A stretch of 64,000 bases of DNA. Origin: Nitrosopumilus sp. GTDB lineage: Archaea; Thermoproteota; Nitrososphaeria; Nitrososphaerales; Nitrosopumilaceae. Each line of letters opens with the position of its first letter. The stretch's first letter is position 1. The notes under the pieces are model-generated. The model searched no databases. It worked only from the letters and a program-made list of their open reading frames with translations, and was not told the origin of the DNA. The stretch lies in contig OZ244651.1 of assembly GCA_965218695.1 (NCBI GenBank), positions 1,248,001-1,312,000 of the forward strand, given 5' to 3'. Positions 40,526-50,779 of this stretch are shown in pieces. A program made the translations under genes and the position numbers.

Positions 40526-41535
40526 GCCTTGGCAACCTTGACTAGGTCCGATATCCTGATGTCCATTCCAAACCTGTCCTCGTGCTTCTTCATGTATCTG
40601 AATATTGCCAAAAAGTCCGGCAGTGATCTTACAAAGCTGAACTCCTTGTGTATCTTTGCCCTTACGAAGTTGAAGACCTTCCCATACACCTTGTAGTGCT
40701 CGTCGACTGCCCTCTCATACGCGGCAAAGTCGTGCATGTTCTTCAAAAAGATCTCAACGCACTGCATTGACGGGATTATTCCCTCACCGAGCAGTGCGTA
40801 TACTGTCCCTATAGATTCGCCAACCCCTACCACCTTGCCGTTGTAAAACGGCTTGCATCTGTTCGGGGTGGCCAGCCTGATTGGACGGCCCTTTGTCTTG
40901 ATCACCTTGCCCCCGTGTTTCTTTAGAAATTCGTCTGTTGCCTTGATGTGGTTCTTTCTATAGTCGCCGGCGCCAATGTGCGCCCATCTCTCCCCCAGCG
41001 GAAAATACCAAAAGTATCCGGACATTCCTGGGAACGGCTCAATGTAAAAGTCGTCATACGGGACGCCGTTTTCGTACTCTACCTTGTACTCGTAGGTAGG
41101 CAAAAAAAAGTCCTCCTTGAGTCTTGGCAGGTAGACCCTGTGAAATCCTGTACAGTCTACTATCATGTCGTACTCTGCATCAAGCTCCTCTAGCTTGGGG
41201 GATGCGCCATAGATCACCTTGGAATCCTTGATAAAGTCCTTGATCAGTCCGAGCTTGTCATACGTGCAAAGTCCGTGCAGCCCTATGTCAAACTTTACGC
41301 TGCTGTTCATCTTGACATGCATGCTTTTTCCGTCGTGAATCATAAAATCCTCAAAGTCCCTGCCGACCTTGCTGCAGAATTCTGAAAGCACTGGCTTGAT
41401 GGTTCCCCAGGCGCATATTGAGTCGTGCCTCTCCTCTGGCATCCTCTCATACCCTACAACCTCGTGTTCGGAGCCTTTGAGCCTGGCCATGAGGTAGGAT
41501 CCTGCAACCCCCATTCCCATTACTGCTATCTTCAC
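40522..41535 (-). CDS. FAD-dependent oxidoreductase, geranylgeranyl-reductase-like
   Basis: GMGVAG Rossmann motif, ICAWG, GYFWYFP, GESIG..ALLGEGI. Confidence 0.8.
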   Translation of the reverse strand: MKIAVMGMGVAGSYLMARLKGSEHEVVGYERMPEERHDSICAWGTIKPVLSEFCSKVGRDFEDFMIHDGKSMHVKMNSSVKFDIGLHGLCTYDKLGLIKDFIKDSKVIYGASPKLEELDAEYDMIVDCTGFHRVYLPRLKEDFFLPTYEYKVEYENGVPYDDFYIEPFPGMSGYFWYFPLGERWAHIGAGDYRKNHIKATDEFLKKHGGKVIKTKGRPIRLATPNRCKPFYNGKVVGVGESIGTVYALLGEGIIPSMQCVEIFLKNMHDFAAYERAVDEHYKVYGKVFNFVRAKIHKEFSFVRSLPDFLAIFRYMKKHEDRFGMDIRISDLVKVAKA

Positions 41536-42408
41536 GATATACTGCGGTTCAATCCTGTCTAATAATGTTCTGTAAATCGTCTGGCACTCTGCGCGAGGCC
41601 TGTCCGTCGTTGTGATTCTGTCCGTCTGTCTGTCTACCTGCCTGCCGGTCTAACGTATCGGTCCACTCACCGACTCTTGAGGAAACGTCCCAAGGGCTGA
41701 TTCTGCCATCATTGCACTGTCTTCGGTTCGGCCGGGCCGAACCTTGGGACGGCATCCCTGATGGTGCCCTGTAGAATGCCTGACCTTGTATTTTGCCATG
41801 TTCAAGACGGTTCTGCTGCATGGTGTTGAGTCTATTCGTTCTCATGATTCAGTATGGCCTTGGGACGGCTTGGTGCTCGAATCGGGTCTCTCATGGGGTG
41901 ACAATCATGATGCTATTGCACGAAAACGACCTTTTGCATAATGAAAAACATGTCAGTTGCCGCATTGCATAATTGAAGATCAACCGGTTATTCAAAAACC
42001 ATCTTTTGCATAATGAGAAATATGCCGGCCATGTCTGCTATATATCATGAAACCTGCATGCATGGCGTGTCAGACATCAGATTTTTTTGAATATAATCAA
42101 ACCTGCAGGGCATATTTTGCACGTTACTCAGGAGCAAAAACATAATTTCCTTGGATTTTATTTTCAGGAATAATTATTTTAAATTATTTGTGTCCGGCAC
42201 GCCATGCCTGCCGGGATTTACATCTTCCAGCGGATGGCCGCATGCGTTATGTCGGGGATGCGCGCTGCATGGGACAGGTGCCGGGTCTTGGCAGGCATTC
42301 TGGCATGTGGGTGGCTCGTGACCGGTACCACGAGCATGCAGCCTGACTGATCCTGCAGATAATCCTGCGGGTAATAAAATTAAATTTAGCGTCTCGCTGC
42401 CATACGAT

Positions 42409-43017
42409 GTGGAAACATTTGAGGCCATCAGAACGAGGCGTGCTGTCAAAAGATTTGACAGGAACCACAAGATGACGCAGGACGAGATAGACTGTCTCTT
42501 GGAGCTGGCGCTGCTCTCCCCCACATCGTACAACATACAGCACTGGAGGTTCGTGACAGTGACCGGACAGCTGCTCAAGGACGAACTTTGCCGGATGGCA
42601 TACGACCAGCCGCAGGTCTCTGAGGCATCACTGGTCATCATCGTCTGTGCCGACCTGAATGCCTGGGATAGGAATCCTGAGAGATACTGGATGAGCATCC
42701 CGCCGGAACAGCGCGTTGCAAAGGTGGCATCCATCAGAAGATCTTACTCTGGAAAGCCCGGACTGCAGCGGGACAAGGCCATGCGTTCCTGCGGAATCGC
42801 CTCCCAGACGATCATGCTTGCCGCACGATCCATGGGGTATGATACGTGCCCGATGGAGGGGTTTGACTACGACGCCGTAGGAGACCGGATCAGCCTTCCT
42901 GACGATCACGTAATTGGCATGATGGTGGTGGTTGGAAAGAAACGGATGGAGCCATCGCCCCGGGGCGGGCAACTCCCGCTCTCTGAGGTCGCATTCGAGG
43001 ACTCTTTTCCTGCATGA
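42409..43017 (+). CDS. Nitroreductase family protein
   Basis: RRAVKRF, PTSYNIQHWRF, LAARSMGYDTCPMEGFD. Confidence 0.9.
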   Translation: METFEAIRTRRAVKRFDRNHKMTQDEIDCLLELALLSPTSYNIQHWRFVTVTGQLLKDELCRMAYDQPQVSEASLVIIVCADLNAWDRNPERYWMSIPPEQRVAKVASIRRSYSGKPGLQRDKAMRSCGIASQTIMLAARSMGYDTCPMEGFDYDAVGDRISLPDDHVIGMMVVVGKKRMEPSPRGGQLPLSEVAFEDSFPA

Positions 43018-43092
43018 GATGGCAAAACCCGGCAGCTGCTCCATGGGGCCTGTCGTGGAACCTGCTCCTGCATCTGCAGACTGTCTGCCACC

Positions 43093-46044
43093 CTACTCGA
43101 TGAGGATTGCCGGCTTGAACGGCCTTGAGTGCCTCGCCTTTCCCTTGGGATCGTCAATGTCTGCATCCGTCTCACAAAACACCCTGATCTCCGTGCCAAA
43201 CTCCAGTCCTGCAAGCCCTGCAAGCTCTTCTGAGAGGAACGCCTTCTCGTCAAACTCCCTTGGCTCCATCATCCTGGCATTCCTTATCTGGACCGGATCT
43301 GAGAGTATGTCCTTGATCGCCTTTTGCACAAAGTCGGGGTTCCTCTTTATCCCTGATGTCTCAGAGTCTGCAACAAGGCCCTTCATGATTGGACCCATGC
43401 CTGTCTGCCCGTCAAGGATCATGCCCAGGACGGCGCGGTACGCCCTGGATTTGAGGGGGTCTGCAGTGTACACCGTCACCCTTTTGGGCGTAATCCTTGT
43501 CACCTTGAGAATCTTTGCAATGTCGTCCATTGTGGACCGGAGCAACTCCTCTGACTGGACTGCTACGGGATCCACCTCCCCCGGCACGAATTCGGGCCAC
43601 CGGGACATCGAGGCAAGACCGGCATGGCCAAGCATCTCCCACATCTCTTCTGCGACGTGCGGGGCAAACGGCGAGAGCATTGCAACGCGCGCGGAGTGTA
43701 TCCTGTAAAGCACCCCCTCGTTCCTGCTGTTCTTTGCCGCGGTTCTCCTTGCGTACCACCCCATCTCGGACTCGAACTCAAACAGGACGCTGTGCAGGGC
43801 CTCCCTCACCCTCATCTTCTCTATCGATTCGGTAGCATGATTGATCATGTCCTGCAGCCTGGACAGTATCCACCTGTCCTCTGCCTCCATCGTGCCTTCA
43901 ATTCCTCCTGCCTTCAGCACGGCGCACTCGTGGTGGAATGCCTCCAGCCTGCCCTGTATTCCGGATACTGCCTCCATGTTAAAGTCCGCATCCTGGAGAA
44001 GCTCCGCTGATATGACTATTGCCAGCCTGATGGGATCTGCACCGTACTCTTGGATCGCCTTGCGCAGCGGAATGATATTCCCCATGCTCTTTGACATCTT
44101 GGAGCCGTTCATCAGGACCGAGCCATTAACTACGATCTGGCGCGGCCAGTGCTTCTCTGGAAATATTGCTATGTGGTTCATGACAAAGAACGTCAGGTGG
44201 TTTGGAACCAGGTCGCGGCCCGAGTGCCTAGAGTCGACCGGATAAAAGTACAGAAACTCGTCCCTGATCTTCCTGACAGTATCCTCCGGAATTCCCGTGG
44301 CGCCTGAGACTGCCTCTGCCTGGCCCCTGCCCAGAAATATGTAGTCAAAGAACTCCCCTGTCAGGCCTTCGGCGGATATGGCCCCGTCGTTTACAAACTT
44401 GGCTATGACATAGTATGCCATGTATATCACAGAATCCGAGAGACTCTCGACGATCCAGTCCTTGTCCCACGGCAGCTTTGTTCCCATGCCGTGCTGTCTT
44501 GCGCAGGCCCTCTCGCGAAGCCACCCTGTGACATAGTTGAACTCGGGCCTTATCTCCTGGGGGAGTATGCTCATGGACTCGAAGCACCTTGTAGTGGATT
44601 CCTTCCACTGCGCGTCTGCATAGTTTAGAAACCACTGGTTGTTGAGAACCTTGACTACGCATTCTGTCCCGCACCTGCATCTTACCGGCGTGTTTGTAAG
44701 TTCCAGCATAATGTCTGCAAACCCCTTCTCCCTGAGCCAGTCCCTTACGGGATCCTTTGCGTGCTCTACCGGAAGCCCTGAAAACTTGCCGGCGTTCTGC
44801 CTCAGCCTCCCGCCGTAAAACTCTGCTGCATAGACCTCCTTTGTGGCCTCCTCGATTCTTGGATCGTTCTGGTCAGTAATGCCCATCCTCTGGGTTACCT
44901 CGACGCCGGGCATCTCCCCGTACCCGTCGACCTCTATGATGGACTTGGGGGCGATTCCGGATGCTGCAGCCCCCCATCCCTCTGATCCCTTGAGATCCTC
45001 AAGTGCCTGGTAGTCAATAGGCGCATGCGCGGGAACCGACATGACCATGCCTGTGCCTGTCCCGCCCTGGACAAACCCCGCAGGAAGCATCACTACCGAC
45101 TCGTCCCTGTGCGGCATGCTTGCTGACCTGCCTGTAAGCTCCGAGCCGCTGATCTCCCCGTCGTATGACACTGTCTTGTCCTGGAACTCCATCTTGCGCG
45201 CGCACTCCGGGCTTACAATCCATCTTTCACCGTCCACGGTGATCTTCTTGTATGTTATGCCAGGATTGACCCACAGGTTTACCACCCCGAATATGGTCTC
45301 GGGCCTCAGCGTTGCAGTGGGTATGACGTACTCTCCAAGCCTGAACTTGATCAGGACATACTCTGTAAAGTCCGGCTCCACGTCTCCAAGCGTGTCGTGC
45401 TGTGATACCGGGTTCTGATCCCTCGGGCACCAGCCGACCGGATGGGATCCCTGGATGACCAGGTTCTTGTCCCTTAGCGTGCTGATCTGCCACTGGATGA
45501 ACTTGCTATACACGGGATCGATGGTGGTAAACTCCCGCCTCCAGTCGATAGAGTATCCCATCTCTACCATTCCTGTTCTGATCTCCTCGTGGAAGTAGTC
45601 TGCAATCTTTACCGGCTCTGCAAATCCGCTGATCGTATCCTCGGGAACGCCGTACAGATTCCTCAGGTTGTCTATGATCTCCGAATCTCCCTCCTCTACC
45701 CTTCTTGCCATGCCCAGTATCGGGGTTCCTGTATAGTGAAACGCCATTGGAAACAGTACGTTGTATCCCTTCATCCTGTAGAACCTTGCATGTATGTCTG
45801 CAAGCGTGTATGTCCTGCCGTGCCCCACGTGCTGCGGAGAGTTCGGGTACGGATATGCCACCGTGATGAACTTCTTTGGCCTTTGGTCCGGGTCGGCCTC
45901 AAACTGTCTGGACTGGCTCCACTCGTTCCTCCATTTGGCCTCGATGGCCGGCCAGTCTATCTTCCTTGTGGAATGCTGTGATCTGACTGTCGTCTTTTTT
46001 TTGTACCTGATGTCGTCGTTGCCGTCCTTGTCCATCTTGCTCAT
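43093..46044 (-). CDS. leuS: Leucine--tRNA ligase
   Basis: YPYPNSPQHVGH (HIGH), TLRPET, MSVPAHAP.D, KMSKS. Confidence 0.95.
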   Translation of the reverse strand: MSKMDKDGNDDIRYKKKTTVRSQHSTRKIDWPAIEAKWRNEWSQSRQFEADPDQRPKKFITVAYPYPNSPQHVGHGRTYTLADIHARFYRMKGYNVLFPMAFHYTGTPILGMARRVEEGDSEIIDNLRNLYGVPEDTISGFAEPVKIADYFHEEIRTGMVEMGYSIDWRREFTTIDPVYSKFIQWQISTLRDKNLVIQGSHPVGWCPRDQNPVSQHDTLGDVEPDFTEYVLIKFRLGEYVIPTATLRPETIFGVVNLWVNPGITYKKITVDGERWIVSPECARKMEFQDKTVSYDGEISGSELTGRSASMPHRDESVVMLPAGFVQGGTGTGMVMSVPAHAPIDYQALEDLKGSEGWGAAASGIAPKSIIEVDGYGEMPGVEVTQRMGITDQNDPRIEEATKEVYAAEFYGGRLRQNAGKFSGLPVEHAKDPVRDWLREKGFADIMLELTNTPVRCRCGTECVVKVLNNQWFLNYADAQWKESTTRCFESMSILPQEIRPEFNYVTGWLRERACARQHGMGTKLPWDKDWIVESLSDSVIYMAYYVIAKFVNDGAISAEGLTGEFFDYIFLGRGQAEAVSGATGIPEDTVRKIRDEFLYFYPVDSRHSGRDLVPNHLTFFVMNHIAIFPEKHWPRQIVVNGSVLMNGSKMSKSMGNIIPLRKAIQEYGADPIRLAIVISAELLQDADFNMEAVSGIQGRLEAFHHECAVLKAGGIEGTMEAEDRWILSRLQDMINHATESIEKMRVREALHSVLFEFESEMGWYARRTAAKNSRNEGVLYRIHSARVAMLSPFAPHVAEEMWEMLGHAGLASMSRWPEFVPGEVDPVAVQSEELLRSTMDDIAKILKVTRITPKRVTVYTADPLKSRAYRAVLGMILDGQTGMGPIMKGLVADSETSGIKRNPDFVQKAIKDILSDPVQIRNARMMEPREFDEKAFLSEELAGLAGLEFGTEIRVFCETDADIDDPKGKARHSRPFKPAILIE

Positions 46045-48734
46045 GCTGCTGCCTTTCCCTGAATCATTGATCTTGCCATGTCTATTGCCGCGTCTTTTTT
46101 AGATGTGTCCTTTCCGCCTCCCTGGGCAAATGCCGCGTCCCCCCCGCCTGCACCCCCCAGAATCCTGGCCACTGCGTCTGCTATGGCGCCTGCGTTTATT
46201 GTTCCTGCGGCCCTCTCCCCGGAGTGCACCATCACCCTGACGGTGGGTCCGGACTCGAATATTCCCACATATGCCGAGTCTGGAAGACTCTTTGTCAGCC
46301 TCTTGCCAAAGTTCATGTGAAAGTACTCGTCATACCGTTCGTGCCATGTCATGCACACCCTTGACTGGCCCATCACGAATATTCCATTTATGGTAGTGTC
46401 GGGCTGGCACTCCGATACCTGCCTTAGCAGCTCCGGAATCATCTCCCTTGAATTCCTTCTGTCTTTCTCCCTTTGCATCTCCAGCTGCCTTTTTTGGGCG
46501 TCCTCCTGCTCCCTGACGTGCCTCATTGATTCCTGCTCCCTTGCATACTCTGTGGCCGCATCCCCGGAGACGAACTCAATCCTTACCACTCCGTCCTGGA
46601 TCCTCTTAGTTTTTGTGATCTTGATGAGGCCTATGTCCCCCGTGCTCCTGACATGGGTTCCTCCGCACGCCTCCACGTCCCTGTCGCCGATCGACACGAT
46701 TCTGACTGCCTTTACCGGAACCACCCCGCCCTGGTATATGTTGAATCCGTACCTCTGCTCGGCTGTCCCCCTGTCGTGCCACTCTATTGATACGGGAAGA
46801 TCCTGTCCTACTATGCCGTTGGCCTCGTCCTCTATCTGCCGTACCTGTGTGGGGGTAAGAGACGAATGGTGCGTGATGTCAAGCCTTGCGTGATCGCTGT
46901 CCTTGAACGCAGAGTGCTGCCACACCCACGAACCTAGGACTCCCCTTGATGATGCGTTGAGTATGTGCGTGCTGGTGTGGTTTTTTGTGATGGCCCCCCT
47001 TCTTGCAGAGTCCACCGCACACCTGACAGTCTGGCCTTTCTTGGGGACTCCCCCTTGCAGCCTGTGCACAATGATGCTCCCGTGCCTGCTCACGTCAGTC
47101 ACCTTGAATCCTGCCACCGTTCCATGGTCAGGTTCCTGGCCTCCGCCCCTTGCATAAAATGATGTCCTGTCAAGCACCACACAGTCGTCCCAGGACTTGA
47201 GTACCGTTGCGTCAAACTCTGCGGGATCGTCTCCGTAAAAGAGCATCTCTGTCTCGGGTAGCCCGTCCAGTGGAAGGCTCTCTGTCTTGTCCCTCTTGGC
47301 TGACTGGTGCAGATCGGAGAGTCTGGCGTATAATGCAGACGGAACCGTGTCGATCACGCCCATCTCCATGAGATACTCTGGCGTTATTCCGTCTGACTCG
47401 TACAGCCTGACAAGCTCATCCACGGTGGGCGGGCCCTTTTTGAGCACCTTGTCTGCCTTCTTCTTCATGCTGGCCTTGGATCCGTCATACCTCTCTGATT
47501 CTATCCCCAGAATCTTCTTGATGTCGTCCCGTTTCGAGTCAAGCTCGCCGTAGGTATCCATGAGATAGTCCACATGAAGGTCAATCAGTTCGTCTATGTC
47601 CAGTCTGAAATCGAGCCTGTCGATGGCGGCCCTGATTCTGCGCAGCATCATTCTCAGGTTGTACCCTCCCCCAACGTTGCTTGGGAGGGCCCCGTCTGCC
47701 ACTGCAAAGACCAGTGTCCTGAGATGGTCTGCAACCAGATACATGCCCTCGATAGGGGCGATCACCCTGTCTGCCATGTCCCCTGTGAGTCCTGCAGCCC
47801 TTACTGCGCGGGCCCTGACATCATTCAGATCAAATTTCTCCAGCGACTTTGCAATCTCTGTAAAGTATGCCCGCAGTACCTCCGAGTCTGGATCAATCCC
47901 AATCATCTCTGAGAGCCTCTGGTTAATCGGACCAAAACAGCAGTCGTATGCAGTTGGCGTTCCTGTCGTTATCCATGCCAGCCTCTCAAGACCGGCTCCC
48001 ATGTCTATGATCCTCTGGTCAAGCACCGTGTGCCTTCCAAGCTCTCCCTGAAACTCCGTAAAGACGGCGTTTCCAAGCTCCAGCCCACGGACAAAGTACT
48101 CCAATGACGGACCAAAGGAACCGCCTCCGACCCACACGTCTTCCACAAAGACTATCTCCTCTCTTTTTATGCCGAACTTGTCTGTAAGCAACCTGAAGTC
48201 AAGGTCGATGCATTCGTCCTTCCAGTATCCGCCGAGGCTAGGAATGCTGTGCTGTCCGATCATGCAAAAGCTTGAAAAATGCCTTCCGGTAACCCCGACA
48301 TTTTCGAGATCCTTGAAACGCAGGCATGTCTGGGGAACTACCAGGGGGTTTGCCGGAAACTCAAATACGACCTTTGAGCCCATAACCCTCTGAAAGTCTA
48401 CGACCGACGCAATGGTAAAGTACAGGTCGTCGCGCCACCTGCAGACCACCGGATACCTGCTGATTGACGTGTGTCCGTTTTCTACAAAGAATTCTTCTAC
48501 CTGCCTCCATGCCTGCGTGTAGTCAAATCTCTTGGAGGTGGGCGGATCCCCGATAAACGAGTACGTATCATCTGCATCATCCGGGCACAGCGCCCTCTCT
48601 GCATCCATGGTCCAGAAGAACCTTCCGCACTTTGCGCAGGATCTTCGTGCGAAGCCCTGCTCCTCAAAGAGCTTGACCTTGTAGTGCCTGTCCGAGTCTG
48701 ATGAAAATTCCCTGAGAACCTCTCTTTTATCCAA
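46041..48734 (-). CDS. alaS: Alanine--tRNA ligase
   Basis: GLELGN.VF, DMGAGLER, DHLRT, HT.THIL editing motif, EACGGTHV. Confidence 0.95.
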   Translation of the reverse strand: MDKREVLREFSSDSDRHYKVKLFEEQGFARRSCAKCGRFFWTMDAERALCPDDADDTYSFIGDPPTSKRFDYTQAWRQVEEFFVENGHTSISRYPVVCRWRDDLYFTIASVVDFQRVMGSKVVFEFPANPLVVPQTCLRFKDLENVGVTGRHFSSFCMIGQHSIPSLGGYWKDECIDLDFRLLTDKFGIKREEIVFVEDVWVGGGSFGPSLEYFVRGLELGNAVFTEFQGELGRHTVLDQRIIDMGAGLERLAWITTGTPTAYDCCFGPINQRLSEMIGIDPDSEVLRAYFTEIAKSLEKFDLNDVRARAVRAAGLTGDMADRVIAPIEGMYLVADHLRTLVFAVADGALPSNVGGGYNLRMMLRRIRAAIDRLDFRLDIDELIDLHVDYLMDTYGELDSKRDDIKKILGIESERYDGSKASMKKKADKVLKKGPPTVDELVRLYESDGITPEYLMEMGVIDTVPSALYARLSDLHQSAKRDKTESLPLDGLPETEMLFYGDDPAEFDATVLKSWDDCVVLDRTSFYARGGGQEPDHGTVAGFKVTDVSRHGSIIVHRLQGGVPKKGQTVRCAVDSARRGAITKNHTSTHILNASSRGVLGSWVWQHSAFKDSDHARLDITHHSSLTPTQVRQIEDEANGIVGQDLPVSIEWHDRGTAEQRYGFNIYQGGVVPVKAVRIVSIGDRDVEACGGTHVRSTGDIGLIKITKTKRIQDGVVRIEFVSGDAATEYAREQESMRHVREQEDAQKRQLEMQREKDRRNSREMIPELLRQVSECQPDTTINGIFVMGQSRVCMTWHERYDEYFHMNFGKRLTKSLPDSAYVGIFESGPTVRVMVHSGERAAGTINAGAIADAVARILGGAGGGDAAFAQGGGKDTSKKDAAIDMARSMIQGKAAA

Positions 48735-48954
48735 CTATGTGGATTGTTTTATTCCAATATTAAGAACTAACGCTGTACAAAAGTTGTCTGGACTTGTAAT
48801 GAATACGGGCCTGGACGGTGCCTGCCTTGTCATCGTGGAAAGGTATGATCAGAGGGACTGCCTGGCAGTGTCATCTGCCTGCCTGATCTGCTTTTGGGAT
48901 ATCTGCTGAACACAGAAATAACAGATTAAATAGAATGCGCAATCTACCCTATCC

Positions 48955-49464
48955 ATGTTTGGGAAGAAACCTCCGCTGAAGGAGGGCGTTCATGTCTTCT
49001 CCGTAAAGAAGAATGGGGATTTTAACGACTTTATCTTTGCAGTAGTCACACAGGTTCGGGAAAGGAAGGTGGGCATCAACGGCGTCATCGTTAATCCCGT
49101 GGGCCTCAAAAACAAGCTGATTCAGGGCAAAACCGGGGAACGATCCAGGGAGATCCTTGAAAATCCGACACCTGACAACGTGGTTCTGGCATTGGTTTAC
49201 AGGGTGGAGCATGAAAATTTTGCCGGGGTGCTTGATCTTGACACTGACAAGTGTGACCTGATCTCCCCCAAGGTATACGGGATGATTGACAGCTGGATCC
49301 GGGAGTCGCTGCCTGAACACCTGAACAAGGTCCTCTCACTGCCGTCTGGTACTGAAAGGGACGATGCAAAGAGGGTTCTGAGGCACCGGATGGAGACCCT
49401 CACTGACAAGAATCTAAGGCGGACGCTCTATTCGGTGTGCCGGAGCCTCAAGATTCTGTACTAG
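48955..49464 (+). CDS. Hypothetical protein
   Basis: 169-aa ORF with coding-like composition and TTAAATA box about 22 nt upstream. Confidence 0.75.
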   Translation: MFGKKPPLKEGVHVFSVKKNGDFNDFIFAVVTQVRERKVGINGVIVNPVGLKNKLIQGKTGERSREILENPTPDNVVLALVYRVEHENFAGVLDLDTDKCDLISPKVYGMIDSWIRESLPEHLNKVLSLPSGTERDDAKRVLRHRMETLTDKNLRRTLYSVCRSLKILY

Positions 49465-49639
49465 CCGCGCGCAGCCTGTCTGTGCAGCAACCTGCAGACG
49501 GTTTGTCTGTTCGGGACGCATCGTGGTACTCGTTCAGGGTCTGCCCGGGCCTGAATCATGCAAACCCCTCCTGGTTTTGGAATGCCAAGCAGATAGCATA
49601 TTCAATACGTATTTATTTCAAAATTCAAGAACAACTTTG

Positions 49640-50044
49640 ATGCCCATCAACAAGGAGAAGATTGCAAAGAGACAGGAGGTAAAAGAGCACAACCCCGAGT
49701 TTATCAGGCCGGAGAGCTGGCGGTATGTCCGACTTGCCACCGGCTGGAGAAAGCCAAAGGGCATCGATCATCACCAGAGAAAGCAAAAGAGCAGGGGCCG
49801 TCCCGGACTTGTAAAGGTAGGGTATGGCGGTCCCAAGGAGTCCAAGGGACTGCATCCGTCGGGATTTACGGACAATCTGGTTTACAATGTTAATGACTTG
49901 GAGGGACTGAATCCAAAGAAGGACGGAATCCGAATAGGACACGGCGTTGGCACCCGAAAGCGGAGGGAGGTCGTCGTCAGTGCAGTGGAGAAAAAATTCA
50001 AAATTTTTAACGCAAGAGTGAGTGCAATTGGTAATCAATCTTAA
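49640..50044 (+). CDS. rpl32e: 50S ribosomal protein L32e
   Basis: WRKPKGID, VGYG, GLHPSG. Confidence 0.95.
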   Translation: MPINKEKIAKRQEVKEHNPEFIRPESWRYVRLATGWRKPKGIDHHQRKQKSRGRPGLVKVGYGGPKESKGLHPSGFTDNLVYNVNDLEGLNPKKDGIRIGHGVGTRKRREVVVSAVEKKFKIFNARVSAIGNQS

Positions 50045-50483
50045 CAGCAAGAAGAGGCTGGCAGCACGGGTCACCGGGGTCGGCGTTCACAGAATCCGGT
50101 TTGATTCTGATCACCTGAGTGATATTGCAGACGCAATCACGCGAAGCGACATCCGGAGCCTGATTACTGCAAACACAATTACCATAAAGTCGTTTACCGG
50201 CACGTCCCGGGGCAGGGCGCACACTAAGAAGGCGCAGAGGAACAAGAGAGGGACCACCCAGGGCTCAAAGCGGGGAACCAAGGGAGCCCGTGTGGGCAAA
50301 AAGGAGGTATACGTTGCCAAGGTTCGCTCCCTCAGACGTCTGCTCAAGATTGCCAAGGACCGAAAGGATATCACCAATCAGGAGTTTTGGACATTATACA
50401 AGAGGGTGGGCGGAAACACTGTCCGAAACAAGGCACACCTGAGAACGCTGATGCAAGAGATTACCGAGAAACGAACCGATTAG
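50028..50483 (+). CDS. rpl19e: 50S ribosomal protein L19e
   Basis: KRLAA..GVG, AITR.DIR, SRGR, GS.RG..GAR. Confidence 0.95.
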   Translation: MVINLNSKKRLAARVTGVGVHRIRFDSDHLSDIADAITRSDIRSLITANTITIKSFTGTSRGRAHTKKAQRNKRGTTQGSKRGTKGARVGKKEVYVAKVRSLRRLLKIAKDRKDITNQEFWTLYKRVGGNTVRNKAHLRTLMQEITEKRTD

Positions 50484-50779
50484 AACCTGTGGAAGCTGTT
50501 CTTCATGTCCGTGATTCTTCCGTCCTGAATGCCAACCCCTTCCCGGCTTAGCATCTTAGTCTTGATCTCCGTGCCGTAGAGGTATCCGCCGACCTCCCCT
50601 GTGGACCTGACCACCCTGTGGCATGGGACTATTCCGGGATACGGATTTCTGCTCATTATTCTTCCTATCTGCCTCTGCCCGTTCTTTAGTCCGACTGCCC
50701 GTGCCAGCTCGCCGTATGTGGTGATTCTGCCCTCGGGAACCTCCATCAACCTCTTGTAGACGAGTTCTTCAAGACTCAT
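50480..50779 (-). CDS. ogt: O6-methylguanine-DNA methyltransferase (C-terminal domain only)
   Basis: TYGELA and VPCHRVV active-site motif. Confidence 0.88.
   Translation of the reverse strand: MSLEELVYKRLMEVPEGRITTYGELARAVGLKNGQRQIGRIMSRNPYPGIVPCHRVVRSTGEVGGYLYGTEIKTKMLSREGVGIQDGRITDMKNSFHRF

Noticed and set aside
41923-42028. Mini-CRISPR array (34-bp repeat, 38-bp spacer)
   Set aside because: Only two degenerate copies, no third repeat, no cas genes in the window
41549-42400. Replication origin
   Set aside because: No recognisable ORB box (TTCCA..GAAAC plus G-string) and no cdc6/orc1 nearby
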